Shown piece by piece: positions 25,610 to 39,997 of a stretch of 64,000 nt of DNA (the first letter of the stretch is position 1; the number at the start of each line of letters is the position of its first letter). Source of the DNA: Eledone cirrhosa (taxonomy: Eukaryota). The position numbers and the translations under genes are program-made. A model generated the notes under the pieces. The model made no database searches and had not been told where the DNA came from. It saw only the letters and a list, made by a program, of their open reading frames with translations. The stretch spans positions 400,706,001 to 400,770,000 of the forward strand of contig OZ024740.1 of NCBI GenBank assembly GCA_964016885.1, read 5' to 3'.

Positions 25610-26483
25610 TATCTGATCCACCAAAACTCAGCTGTTTCGGACCATACCAAAATCAACATACTGATTGCGGATTTGGTACGGGTGATGAGAAACGTGTCCC
25701 GCATGTGCAACCCCGAAGAACTAGAGAGACACATACAACACTTCATCCACCGTATGCAGTTTTCTGGTTACAATCAGAGAGATAAAATCAGAGTGTATAG
25801 AGGAGCCAGAACCAAATGGGAAAAAATGGTAAATAATGACACAGATGGGACCTGCCCCCTGTATAGGAGCAAATTTTGGAATAGAATAGAAAGAACTAGG
25901 AATAAGGCTAATAGAATAAACGTATGGTAGCAATAAATACCAGAGTGTAATGTTCATCGATACAACCCCTAGAGGTGAATTAGCTTACAAATTTAGAAGG
26001 GCCCTAGATAAACATAAACTCAATATTAAGATAGTAGAAAGACCAGGTACCTCCGTAAAAACACTTATTAGCAAGACATACCCTTTTCAAAGACTCCACT
26101 ATATAGATAAGAAATGTATAACCTGTAAAATAAGCCCCCATATTAACTGTAAAACTAGAAATGTAGTGTATAGCATAAGATATACTGAAGGACAATGTAG
26201 AGACAAAAATATAGTGTACATAGGTGAGACAGCTCGGAGTGTAGGGGAACGGATAAATGAACACTGGCGAGACCTTCAAGATAGTAAAGAATCATCTGTA
26301 CTCTACCAACATGCTAAAATAGAACACAAGGGTAAATTAGAGAACATAGAAATAAAAATAGAATCCACACACAGAAAAGACGCAATGTTTAGACAAATCA
26401 CAGAGGCAATAAACATAAAAGAATTACAACCAAAATTAAATAGAAAATATGAGTGGAACAGCAACATCACAACTTACAATTAA
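25610..26483 (+). pseudogene. PLE polyprotein C-terminus: RT thumb, Cys-rich linker and GIY-YIG endonuclease (break near 25930)
   Basis: IHQNSA..K, RMQFSGY, CITC..C, NVVY...YIGETARSVGERINEH, RQITEAINI..PKLN.K.EW. Confidence 0.88.
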
Positions 26484-26701
26484 GGACAAAATGAAAACAC
26501 ACACGCACATAGAACAAACAACCAACCTGTAACATGTAAATAAACAAATAAATAAACGAATATAAACACACACAGACACCCGGATGTGGCGCACTGAGTG
26601 CAGTGTCAACTCTGGATGTCAGTGAGCATGTCCAGCTAAGCTCAGTCACCTCTGTGCTACTCTCGGACTGACTTTTCGGAGGCTCCTGTACAGCTCTGAA
26701 T

Positions 26702-26808
<107 letters not shown>

Positions 26809-26905
26809 CATTGCGAAACGACCATATCCCGGCGACGACCAAACGGACGACCAATCTTCCTTCTTCTGCTCCTTAGCCTCCTTCGAACCACACCTCAAAG
26901 GCGTC

Positions 26906-26944
<39 letters not shown>

Positions 26945-27706
26945 ATATATATATATATGTATGTGTGTATATATATATATAGTAATAATAATACATTTGA
27001 AGACTATATATATATAAATGTGTGTGTGTGTGTGTGTGTTTGTGTGTGCTTGTCTGTCTCTGACTGTGTATATGTGTACATATAAATACATATAAAAACA
27101 TGGTGCGTGTATATATATATATATATTTATATATATGTGTGTGTGTGTCGTGTTACGTCTATTTATTGCATGAGAGTATGTTATCCATTCCATATATAGA
27201 AATCGGTAAGGATACCCTTAAGTAGTGCAGGAAATGGATTTAGGTCATTCATTGAAACAATGAATAAGTAAAAGATTCTAATATATTTTAACACTTAGCA
27301 AATAGGAAGCAAACAATTCACACACATAAATCACATTAACAAAACACTTTTAAAATATTTTTGGAGAAAGTCACATTTAATGAACGCATATTTTTAATGA
27401 AACCAATATTCAGTTATATTATCGTGAATGAATACAAGTCGGGGCATATTCAAAATTAAAGTACTGCATAGATAAAAAATCATATATCTGCATATACATA
27501 CATGCACACGCACACACGCACGCACATACACATACACACACCCACGACCTCCCCTATATATATATACATATATCAGGACTATGTTTGTGTCATTACATCC
27601 AAGTGATATATATATATATAATAAATCTTATACCTATAGATAATATATGCATGCACAAGTATCTGTCTTTCTATCTCTCAGCAGCCTTTCTTTCTCTTTC
27701 TCTTAA

Positions 27707-27744
<38 letters not shown>

Positions 27745-27750
27745 CACACA

Positions 27751-27898
<148 letters not shown>

Positions 27899-28187
27899 TA
27901 CTTGTTCGGTGTATGTATTACCAATATGCCTACATATTAAGTTAAGTGTACACATAAATAACATTTATCTTAGTCTATCCTTATGATATTAATGACCACT
28001 TACACTAAGAGGCAAGTATTCTCCTAGTATCATTATATCATATTATTCATTAATATTTTGAAAACCATATCTCTCTCTCCTACGCACATACTAAATCATT
28101 CCTCACTTTACACACACAGACACACACAAAGGCACATTCATACACATATACACACTCCTGTATATATAAATATGTATATATTTGTTG

Positions 28188-28231
<44 letters not shown>

Positions 28232-28663
28232 AGATATATAATTACCGCCTTTATGGTTTAATTAAAATGATATAGAAAATTTAACTGCATTTATAAATTA
28301 CCTATTTTAAGAAAAACTAATTAAAACTTTTAAAGTTGTATTGTTCCGATTTGAATACCATGCAACATTCTTTTTAATAATAGTTCTCACATTAAAAAAT
28401 AAATTCATAAAAATCAACTCTAACTTTTTATTCATTCATCGCAAAGGAGAAATACTGAAAACTTTACAATATGTGAACGAAAACTTAGAAAACATTATCG
28501 TATTTAAATATTTTTCTTTGTATCTTCAAGATAGCATACTTTCCTTTTAAAGATTGTTTTTAACTAACAGCTGAACAAAAGTGCGCAAATATGCATTTAT
28601 GTGAAGATTAGATTGTTTGAAAATATATGTGTATGTATGTTTGGGTGTAATTAACTAAATGAC

Positions 28664-28925
<262 letters not shown>

Positions 28926-29422
28926 AACCACACTAACAGACACCCGCATAGATTTACATTTAAATATATGCAAATTGAATAATATGAACCCGAGATACAG
29001 ACTTCGAATTCTATAGGCGAGAACACAAGCGATTACCTACTTTCCATAAAGCAACTCTAAAGAATGAATGAATGCTTTCTACTTCAGAATCATTAGATAG
29101 CACTGTCACAATGTATTTCGTTTGAATGTCTTAGCACCTACTTGGTTACTTAAACCGATCTGAACGTGTGCTTAGCTATAATGGGTACCCTTCTTGAGCT
29201 ATCAATTATGATAATGGTCTCCAACCATTAATCTCATTTCAAACATATGCAGCTGGTGTTTGTTGTGATTTAGCACAAAGTCTGTCTAGATCTTACAATT
29301 ATAGCGATTCAGTAAAAATGGGATTTTCACTATTCTTACAGAAGACATTGCCTTCTTTATTAAGATACACAATATCTAGTACTTTTATGTCTTATGATGT
29401 GACACATCCTCCGCTGCCTTAA

Positions 29423-29643
29423 CCCTTTAGCATTTAAACCGGCCATATCCGGCCAGAATTCTCTCACCTCTTTCTGTTCAAACCTGCCATAACTGGCCAC
29501 TCATACTGATATTATGGTATTGTTCTCAAAATAAATAATATCAAAATCTCATAAATTCGATATTGTGTGAGATAATTATGTGAGGTAAAGCCTTTACCGT
29601 GAAAATACAATATTAAATATAGAGTAATGTAAATGCTAAAGGG
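29423..29643. mobile_element. piggyBac-type MITE
   Basis: 14-bp TIR CCCTTTAGCATTTA/TAAATGCTAAAGGG flanked by TTAA on both sides (29419-29422, 29644-29647). Confidence 0.85.
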
Positions 29644-30381
29644 TTAAAGGCAAGACGTGAGACATGGCTAAATACCAAGTATTGGCTCGGTGTTTTCTTT
29701 TATGCCGCTTGTCTTATTTTTGGTTCCCGTGTTGTAATTTGCAACAACCAAATCGAGTCGGGGTTACTTTGGCTCTCCTTCGCGTCAATACTTTCATTAT
29801 CTTGTCTGTAGAGTTCATCCGAGATATGCTGTTTATAGAAGATTGTATAATGTGTCGCTTCCCCATTTGTTTCACTCCTCATTTCTGTCTTTTCATAGTC
29901 AATTATCCCAGGTGCTCTTCCTTGTCATTGTTCTTTAGCTACGCGCCATCTCTGATCGATCAGGTCTATAACCAAAGTCATACTTTCCATGAATATTGCT
30001 TTCATTATGTACTTAGGAGTACACTATCCAATGTTTCCTTTCGTTTTGATGATGGTGGCGAAGGTGTCAATTCAGAGAAATGTTGCGTTACTCTTTCTAC
30101 CAAGTCAAACTGTTACCTAGAATCCCCTACCATTGCTTTATGTTGTACTTCATCGTGTCTACACATATATAAACATAGTAGCAATTTGAAGGGAACCGTA
30201 TTTGTAAGCACTTAGGAGAAAGATCTGACGCCATAGGGACTTGAACTTGAAAATATTACACCAAATATTTTCAAACGAAATTAACGACGGTTCCTGATCG
30301 ATATTGCTCAGCATCACTGTTGTTTGTTAGAGGCTTTTGTTATTTACCTGCCGATTAATCATAATCATGTAGACCATTAAT

Positions 30382-30588
30382 AGTTTCTTATATAGGCAAA
30401 AGACCAGTAATTTGGGGGAGGGGAAAGTCGATTAATCGACCCAAGTCCGTGACTGGTACTTTATTTTATCGACCCCGTAAGGATGACAGGCAAAAGTTAA
30501 CCTCGGTGGGATTTGAACTCAGATCATAAAGGGCCGTAACTCTATGCTGCAAAGCATGGCGTGCGACCTTTTACCGATACTGCCAATT
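30382..30588 (-). mobile_element. tRNA-derived SINE, long-tail variant
   Basis: Same family; GTCGATTAATCGAC hairpin; CATTAATA on both flanks. Confidence 0.85.
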
Positions 30589-31171
30589 CATTAATACAAG
30601 ATGTTCCGATCATGAGTTTTCCCAATACTTGTTCAGTTAGTGAATATCGAAAACCACGTTATTCAATGTGTTATTCATATTTTATACGGTTGTGTGTTAC
30701 CTAATAGATGATGAACATCATTTCGGTTGTGAATATCGTATCATTTTTCGAGTAATAAATTGATCAGTATATAATTATTTACTACGGCAGGGAGTTATTT
30801 AAGGGAGCATTAGCTGTAGTTTCCAGCATGCAAAGTGTGAGTGTAGAGGCTCTTTCCTTGGCTCCAACAGCGTTAAATAACATAGAGTTTCCCTTTCATT
30901 CTTTCCGGAATGAATGCAAATCGGCTAAAGAAAGAGCTGCAGATTCATATGTTGCGCAAGACTTTGCTGAAGTTGTCCTGTTTCAGATTACGACTGCAAG
31001 CCTATCAATCCATTAGGAGATGCGGGCTCAAAGTAAGACAATGCAGACTGGACATTCTAGCCTGGTATATGTAAACATTGAAGGGGTTGTTCCAACCACA
31101 ATGCTGAAACAGAATTCCGGGATAACACTTGACCAGTGTAATTCGAATGTTATCACCAACACAGAATTAAA

Positions 31172-31354
31172 TAATTGTTTCTACTTTTGGCACAAGGCCA
31201 GCAATTACCAGTGCATTACTGGTACTTTATTTTATCGACCCTGTAAGGATGAAAGGCAAACTTAGCCTCGGCGGGATTTGAACTCAGAATGGTAAGGGCC
31301 GTAACTCTATACGTCAACGCATGGCGTCCTACCCTTTAACAATACTGCCAATCC
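31172..31354 (-). mobile_element. tRNA-derived SINE (degenerate neighbour at ~31400-31570)
   Basis: Same family; TSD-like ACACAGAA(T/C)TAAATAAT on both sides. Confidence 0.85.
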
Positions 31355-32212
31355 AACACACAGAACTAAATAATGGTTGCTAAATTATGCTCAAAGTGTA
31401 CAATTTTTAGTGGACAGAATATTCGGTTAAGTCGAACCAGTGCTCGACTGGTTGTTTATTTTAACGATCCCGGAAGGATGAATGGCAAAGTTGAATTTGG
31501 TAGGTTTTGAGATCAATATATAAAGGACCTTAACTAAATGGTGCAATGCGTTTTGTCTAGTACACTGCCCACTCGCCTTCACTAAAGTTAATAGTGCATA
31601 ACAATTAGGACAATGTTGAATTATCTAAAATATATTACTAGTATGAATATACAAGTATGTCACTGTTCTGTACTAGGAGAAACGTGTTGTGGAATCAGTC
31701 ACTGTTGAATATAGGAAAATACTTCTGACGCTTCGCCCTACTAGCTCCTGCAACACAATAATAAAAATACAGCACACCTCTTTACAAAATCAGTCGCTTC
31801 TATCTCAATATCCAGCATATAAGCAGAAATAAGCACTCGCACATAAAAACAAACACGCACGTACCTATACACACATATATATATATTTATATATGTGTGT
31901 ATGTGTGTGTATATATATATATTAAATTACAAAATATGAGGAAATAATAAACAAAAATATACCTATTTTCTCTTCAAAGTCCCACCTACAGTTTCGTCGA
32001 TCCGTGTGCAACGTTTCTGGTCTATAAAAATGCATCATCGCTGTGAGGTTGATACGGGTTATCAACAGACCCCTCAGAAAAATGAACTCTTTCTTGACGT
32101 CTTCGTAGCAAGTGAGAAAATATATATATATACAAACATAGAGACACTTATATTTATACATAGATACACATATGCATGTATATATATATGTAAGTATATA
32201 ACTCTGTACATG

Positions 32213-32260
<48 letters not shown>

Positions 32261-32263
<3 letters not shown>

Positions 32264-32472
32264 CGAAGGAGTTGTGGTAAGGAACCAGATGGACCATAAC
32301 GCACCAGAGTACTCAATACTTAGGGTAGTAGAGTGGGTAATAGGAGAATGGATGACCCCGACGGCAGAGCTCAAGTCATTTCGACGGCTATTACTGGACT
32401 AAATTCAATTTAGTCCAGAAATAGCAGTCGAAACGGCTTGAGCTCTGCCGTCGGGGTCATACTTTCTCCTAT
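32261..32472 (-). mobile_element. copy of the 24806 family with palindrome at 32340-32472
   Basis: GAAACGGC-UUGAGCUCU-GCCGUC-GGGGUC; long central hairpin; bulged hairpin at 32311-32334 (-). Confidence 0.8.
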
Positions 32473-32521
32473 ATATATATATATATATATAATCGTATAC
32501 ACACACACCCACACAATCTTA

Positions 32522-32593
32522 TATATTTATATATCTATCTATCTATACGTATATTTTCCTGTATATATATGAAGATATGATGTTCGTGTAGGA

Positions 32594-32638
<45 letters not shown>

Positions 32639-32758
32639 TATATATATGTGTGTGTGAGTATATATATATATATACATATACATACATACTTCTACATGAA
32701 CATCATATCTTCATATATATATATACGAAAATATACGTATAGATAGATATATAAATAT
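32522..32758. repeat. inverted repeat (~75-bp arms) around a (TA)n tract
   Basis: CTATACGTATATTTTC...ATGAAGATATGATGTTC and GAACATCATATCTTCAT...GAAAATATACGTATAG. Confidence 0.8.
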
Positions 32759-33099
32759 GTACATACACACACACAAAGACACACACAAACACATATAGAC
32801 ACACAGACACACAAACGCGCGCGCATATATATATATATATATATATATACGTATAGAGGAATTTATTTCGACAAACGGTGATAGATCGATTCTGTCACTT
32901 ATTTATCACAGCCATCCTCGAAAACAATAACATATACAAGAACCTAATGCTTTTTTATGATTTCTTTTTGGTAACTACGGTTGTAGCTGCTTTAATATAT
33001 ACAACAAATAAAAACGTATGGATACACAATCAAACACACATACACACAAAATTACATACAATTATATACATCTATACATGCGTGCGCATATGTATATAG

Positions 33100-33531
<432 letters not shown>

Positions 33532-34192
33532 TTAGTCTAATATATCTTTCTTGTTTCCTTGCTAGAGTAGTTTGTCATTGCATCGTTGATGTTTTTCTAT
33601 TTCATACACAGCGAATGGAAAGATGAGTTTTTGGTTATTAATAATAATTTCTTCGTGACATCATTGAAGTTAACCTTTGTACATGCCATAATATATCAAA
33701 ACAGAAAGCTAAAGTAAATCTTAGCAGCTCTAACAAAAGATTGTCGGGAAATCAGAACAGATTTCAAACAAACACATTATGTTCAATTCCTACCACATTT
33801 GCTCTTCAGTAGACATTTATAAACGCAGCGAATGCAACGAGAAAGTAAAAGAGAGAAGCATGACACCAAACAGAACAGCAAGGGGAAGAAGGTGTATGGT
33901 ATTAGAAAGGTTTATAAAGAGACAAAATATGAAGGAAAACGAAGAAAAACCGTTCAGAAAAAAAAAGGCCTGAAGGAAACAAAATAAATCAGTTGATGTT
34001 GGGTTTAAACTGTGGAACTTATCGTTAATTCTCAAATTTTCTTTGTTGATCTTATACATCATTATTTCTCCACTCATCTGTTCAACATGACGAAAAACCA
34101 AAAAATTAAAATAGTTGAGAAGATAATTAATCTTTCCTTTTAAGTTAGATGGCTTTCGTATTTTCAATCATCATTTTTGCATACATTCAATT

Positions 34193-34316
34193 ATTCATTC
34201 ATTCATTCATTCATTCATTCATTCATTCATTCATTCTTTCATTCTTCTTCTTCTTCTTCTTCTTCTTCTTCTTCTTCTTCTTCTTCTTCTTCTTCTTCTT
34301 CTTCTTCTTCTTCTTC
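34193..34316. repeat. (TTCA)n followed by (TTC)n microsatellite
   Basis: Directly visible. Confidence 0.95.
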
Positions 34317-34436
34317 AATAGAAATATTTTCCTGTGGTGTCGCTACGTTATGTTCAAATTCTAACGGGCTGAAATTTACTTTACACGCTCCCGAGTCAAT
34401 AAAGTAAATACTCTCGAGTTCTGTAGCAGATATATT

Positions 34437-34874
34437 ACTAGACCTGAAAAAGGTGCAAGCTCCAAAGAGCCACAGAATGTTATAACAAACCTTCAAAAGT
34501 GTGGGACGAGAGTTGTTGCTAAACAATATTGTAATCATTATCTATCGTACACTCTGTGGCATCCTTTTATAAAAAAGAGACTCAAACGAACTCAAGACGA
34601 CACGATAATTATTTAAGCTAATGTTCAATATTAGATGTTTAGTAATGATTAATACGAAATGCACTTAAACCGAATTCTATATTATAAATTCACTTAAATA
34701 ATTATCGTGTCGTCTTGAGTTCGTTATGAGTCTCTTTTTTATAAAAGGATGCCACAGAGTGTACGATAGATAATGATTACAATATTTTTGAGCAACAACT
34801 CTAGTCCCACACTTTTGAAGGTTTATTAAAACATTCTGTGGCTCTTTTGAGCTTGCGCATTTTTCAGGTCTAGT
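34437..34874. mobile_element. foldback/MITE-like element with ~180-bp inverted arms
   Basis: 34437-34617 is the near reverse complement of 34693-34874, with a ~75-bp spacer. Confidence 0.75.
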
Positions 34875-35739
34875 TTAATATTTTTGAAAGGCAACGCTTG
34901 TAATAACTCTAGTTAAACATGATATATATTAATAATAAATTATCGTTGTAATGTAATTAGATTGTATAATTGTTATTTTATAAATGATGTTATAAATATT
35001 ATTGTAAGATGTATGAAAATATTTTCAGACTTTTAATATAAACAACTACAAAAAACAATCAATATTAAATAAATATATTTTACATAATAATTGTTATAGT
35101 TGAATTAATAAAAATTAAATATTACATACAAATAGTCTAACATAATAATAATAAAATAATCTAACATAAAACGAACAATAATATGGACACATATACAAGT
35201 AAATATGATACATCCAATATTCTAAGCATGTTATAACGAACTGAAAACAAATAGTTAATATAAATTTAAAAAATCATATATAAATTAACGATATAACTTA
35301 GCAAAACGAGAAAAATATTTTGATGATAAAACGACAACATACAGGAGAGAGATTCGAAAGCGAAACGATAAATAAACGTGTAAACAAAACGCTTATGAGC
35401 AACAATTACTCTCGTTGATTGATTAGCCAATAAAACGGTGAAATTAGCCAATAAGACGATACATTACAAAACATGTTTGGAAGGAATCGCCATGGCCAGC
35501 GATACCCCTTAAATCTTTTATTCACAAGCCACGCATATCTTGTCAAACAACATGCAGACTTAAAACATTCTGTTGTTAGTCACTGCATGTCTAGTACATA
35601 TCATGATTTCGTTTATATGATAGAGTGCGTTGCCTTATTATCATTGAAACATTATTATTAAATTTGAAATGTGCTGGACCAAACCAGTTTATGGCAATAT
35701 CTTGACAGATCAGCACGATATAATAAAGCATTGGGCAGA

Positions 35740-36270
35740 ACAGTTGAAAGAAGTATTCCACAGGGAATTACATACTGATACAAATTTGATAGGAAATATT
35801 TTTGGCTAACAATAAGAGTAAAGAAGTCTGAAGTCATGTTTCAACCAGGGCGAAGAAATAATTATGAAAGTTTGCCACAGATTTATGTTGTATGCAAACC
35901 TCTGAAGGTAGTCAGTATTTTACATACCTTGCATCAACTGTAATTACTGCTGTAAAGTTAGACAAGGAAAGTGATATACGCATAGGAACCCCAAGTTCAG
36001 CTTTTGGTAGACTATGCGTCCATTAAAACAAAAGTCGATATCTATAATGCTGTTCTCACAATCCTTTTTTATAGGGCAGAAGCCTAGACTTCCTATCGGA
36101 AAAATACAAATCAAATGAGCACTTTCCACATGAAGTTTCTGTGATGTAAAATGGGATGATCGAGTGACAATATTTCTGCAATATAAACGTTCTTGATCAA
36201 ATTTTAGATGAGATGGTGTGGCCACGTTTTCAGAATGAGTAATGAAGGAATTCCAAAGCAAGTATTATTA
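35740..36270 (+). pseudogene. highly degenerate RTE (BovB-like) RT fragment
   Basis: Translates in pieces as LTIRVKKSEVMFQPG...LKVV..FTYL.ST, resembling RTE GLTISxKKTEVMxQP..FxYLGS. Confidence 0.5.
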
Positions 36271-36714
36271 AAGGTTCTCTTAGAATTGAATGTTTCCTAT
36301 AATAGGACTGAGTGGTGATGACAATGCAATATAAAGCTAGTTAACTTTGAAAAATGTATTCATCATCAGGACTAAAGAATCTTCTGGACATATATCGTTC
36401 CTGAAAACTTGCAAAACTTGGCACATAGTGCCTGTAACCATACCTGTAAAACTGCTACAGGCCTGAAATTAAACATGCGTGCTCCCCAAATGGAATAAGG
36501 TTGGGTCATTTCCTTTGTTGAAATCTCCTAGCAGGTCCTTACCTGGGAACTACTTTTGCTTTTGCTTTATTGTCTATTGAAAACTCACATATCGTTTTCG
36601 AAGGGACTCTCTAACAACATAAAAACATATATATCTGTGTGTGTGTAATTTTATGTGTATGCATGCAAACATATTTATATAAGCTTGAAAATATATGTAT
36701 TTATATACATGTGC

Positions 36715-36835
36715 GTATGTTTGTATGTACGTATGTACGTATGTATGTATGTATGTATGTATGTATGTATGTATGTATGTATGTATGTATGTATGTATGT
36801 ATGTATGTATGTATGTATGTATGCATGTATGTATG
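36715..36835. repeat. (TATG)n microsatellite
   Basis: Directly visible. Confidence 0.95.
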
Positions 36836-38769
36836 AGTGTTTGTATGTATGTTATACACTCACGCACAGGTATATGAGAGAGAGAAGGCAAAAGCGAGGG
36901 ATATGATAGTGAATGAATGAAAAATAGATACGAGATTATGGGAAAAAAGATCGAAAGAGACCGCTGTCACATTGAGATATTTATTTCTAAATATTGCTAA
37001 ATAGAATTACACACCGAGTCACCCTCATTTATTCTCATAGATTTTTGAATATGGATGTCTTCAGCTTGAATATAAATATCTAATGTGAAACTAGGTTTAT
37101 GTTAGAGTTTTACTGAAGGAGTTTGTCATCTATCAATGTAAAAAGTATTTTTCCGCTTTTTTAAAATACAAATTAATAAACAAAGATTAAAATACAATAC
37201 TAAGAATCCCTATCTAAACCATTGGTTATTATACATCCGTATCAGGTAGAGAGGTGGCAAATTAACGGAATCGTCAGCACGTCGAATAAAAAGGTTTTCT
37301 GTTATTAATCTCAACTCTCTGTGTTCTGAGCTCAAATTGCAAAGACGTCAACTTTGCTTTTCATTATTTTGAGCTCGATAAATAATTTACCAGACCTGTA
37401 TTAGGGTCAATCCTATTTCTCTTCTCATTCTTTCTTTGTCTCTCTCTAGAATAAACGGTTTTGCTCAGATCTGTAGCAGTACTAGCTCCACCAAGTTCGA
37501 AAGCCAAAGACACAATGTGTACAACCACGGAACGCCTGCACCTCTAGCAAGTGTTAAATCTTCATGGTTCATATTAGAGATATAAGCTTATATCGCTTTA
37601 TATATGAAAAAAAATAAAAAGGTTTAAAAAGGCATCTAATATTTTTATAAATTTACATACAATTTAAATTTTTTTAAAATAACGATTTAAAGGCTACATT
37701 AATGTTAGGGACATATATGCTGATAGTTCCTCTCCATAACTATGTCCTTTCTATGATAAGGAAAGAAAATGGTTATATATTTACTATCACTTGTGTTGTT
37801 GAGATGACAAAGGGTGCAACTCTTGTTTAAATATGAACACCAATCCGTGTCATGTGTTTGCGTTAGTTAACCCAATAAGTTTAATTATAGCCAGTATTTG
37901 TTTATATATTTGAATATATATTCATTTAATGGCTAATTGGTGAGCCTAGCTACTCAGGAGTTTCACCACACAACCATTAAATGAATATTTAAGCCATATT
38001 TCGGTACTGAGTACATTTTCTGAGGTACGTCAATAATACACGGATATTTGAATGAACATACGCACACACACACACACACATATATATATGTGTGTGTGTG
38101 TGTGCGTGTGTGTGTACAATCAAATAAATATATGAGGGGAAATTTTCTATAATAAACAAAGAATAAAAGAGGTATTGAACTTGCAAGAGTAAACGAAAAT
38201 ATAAGAATAATTTACAGGTTCGTTTGTATATATTTAGTGCTGAAACAGAGAAGTTGACTCAACATACAATGCAGATAATAAAATATGATGAATTAAAATA
38301 AATATCGGCAATAATCTTGATATTTGCAATAGAAAAATTATTGCAGAAATAAATGTCATGAATAGAAAAAAAAATCAAAGCAAAGCGTTGTGAGTGAAAT
38401 CAGGAAATTATTAAACGTGGAAATAGATAATATTATATTGTGATCTAATGAACGAATATATAAATAATATATCTATGCATACATGTATGTATGTGTTTCA
38501 ATACATACATACATGTATATGCATAGTATATATATATATATACACACAAACACGCACACACACATATATATATATAATATATATATCTTTATGCATATAT
38601 ACATATATTCATACATTCATATATATATATATCTATATGCATATATCTATATATAGGTATATATGCATATATTCATACATGCATATATACATATATACAT
38701 ATATTCATACATACACGCACACAAATAAATACATAGTGTAGATAACATTACTTGTATATGTGAATAAAC

Positions 38770-38802
<33 letters not shown>

Positions 38803-39012
38803 CGTGTGTGCGTCAGTGTGTGTGTATGTGAGTATGTATGTAACTATGTATGTATATATATACATATATACATAACCTTATCTTGATAATTGAAAATATT
38901 CTTATTTTCTAAATGCTACACATACATTTCTGCGTATATGCGTTTTTATTTCATATGCACATAATAATATAACAGATACACACACACACCAATACACGCT
39001 CACATAAACACA

Positions 39013-39059
<47 letters not shown>

Positions 39060-39997
39060 TTACCACCAGTTAGTGAAGTTTTTTCCTTTATATTTTATTT
39101 CCTGAAGCATCTTCCGTAGCTGTTGTTTATTTTTTTTTTGCTTCGTTTCTTTTGTGTTTGTTATGTTTTAATTGTGTGAAATTATCATTGAGATAATGTG
39201 GAAAATTTCTCATCAACTTATTAACTAAGTTACATTATTAGTTCTTAGCTTTGCTTGCCGATATTTTTAGACACTTTCTCTATTTCCCTATTTCAAAAAA
39301 CAAAACTTATAAATAAGAAACTGGCTGTATAGATAAATAATCAAACAATTATCAGCGACCTCTTCTTGATGAAAGATTTATGAGAAGCATATTGAATTTG
39401 TATAAGAAATTTTGCCAATTTATAATCAATTTAGAAAAATAGATAAGTAACTAAATAGATGATTAACTAAACTAATAAATAAACAAATGCGATGAGACCG
39501 GGGTAAATCACTAACTAAATGAAGGAAGAAAATAAAGGAATACAAATATATATATCTTGCTGTGTATATGGAAAATATTTCATGATATCAAGAGGAATGT
39601 AAGTCATTTCAGTTTTTACTGATTTACAGAAAAATGTACTAACTTAATGTGGATAAGCATGTGTATGTATGAGATTATGTGCAAATTTATGCATACATAC
39701 ATGCACGCACAGTAACGCATATACGCACACATATGTGTATAGTTATGAAACGAAGTCTATTGAATTGGGCCGATACAGCCTCAGTCGTTTTCTCACCCAC
39801 TCAATACTTAAATTAAGGCTTTATTATTATTATTGTTATTTTCTTTCATTATTGTTTCTGAGATGTATGCCTACTTTTCCTTCAGTATTGTTTCTGATAT
39901 AAGCCGACTGTTTTCCTGACACCTAGGGCAAATATATTCACTGCATACATTGGTAAGCCAGTTAACAACACCACATTGAATATAATTTACAGCTTAT

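Larger units (their letters stand above)
25265..26600 (+). mobile_element. 5'-truncated Penelope-like retroelement with inverted 3' copy upstream
   Basis: 25440-25598 is the reverse complement of 26436-26592. The GIY-YIG ORF lies between the two arms. Confidence 0.85.

Noticed and set aside
29664-30215. 183-aa ORF
   Set aside because: No recognisable motifs; composition typical of chance ORFs in T-rich DNA.
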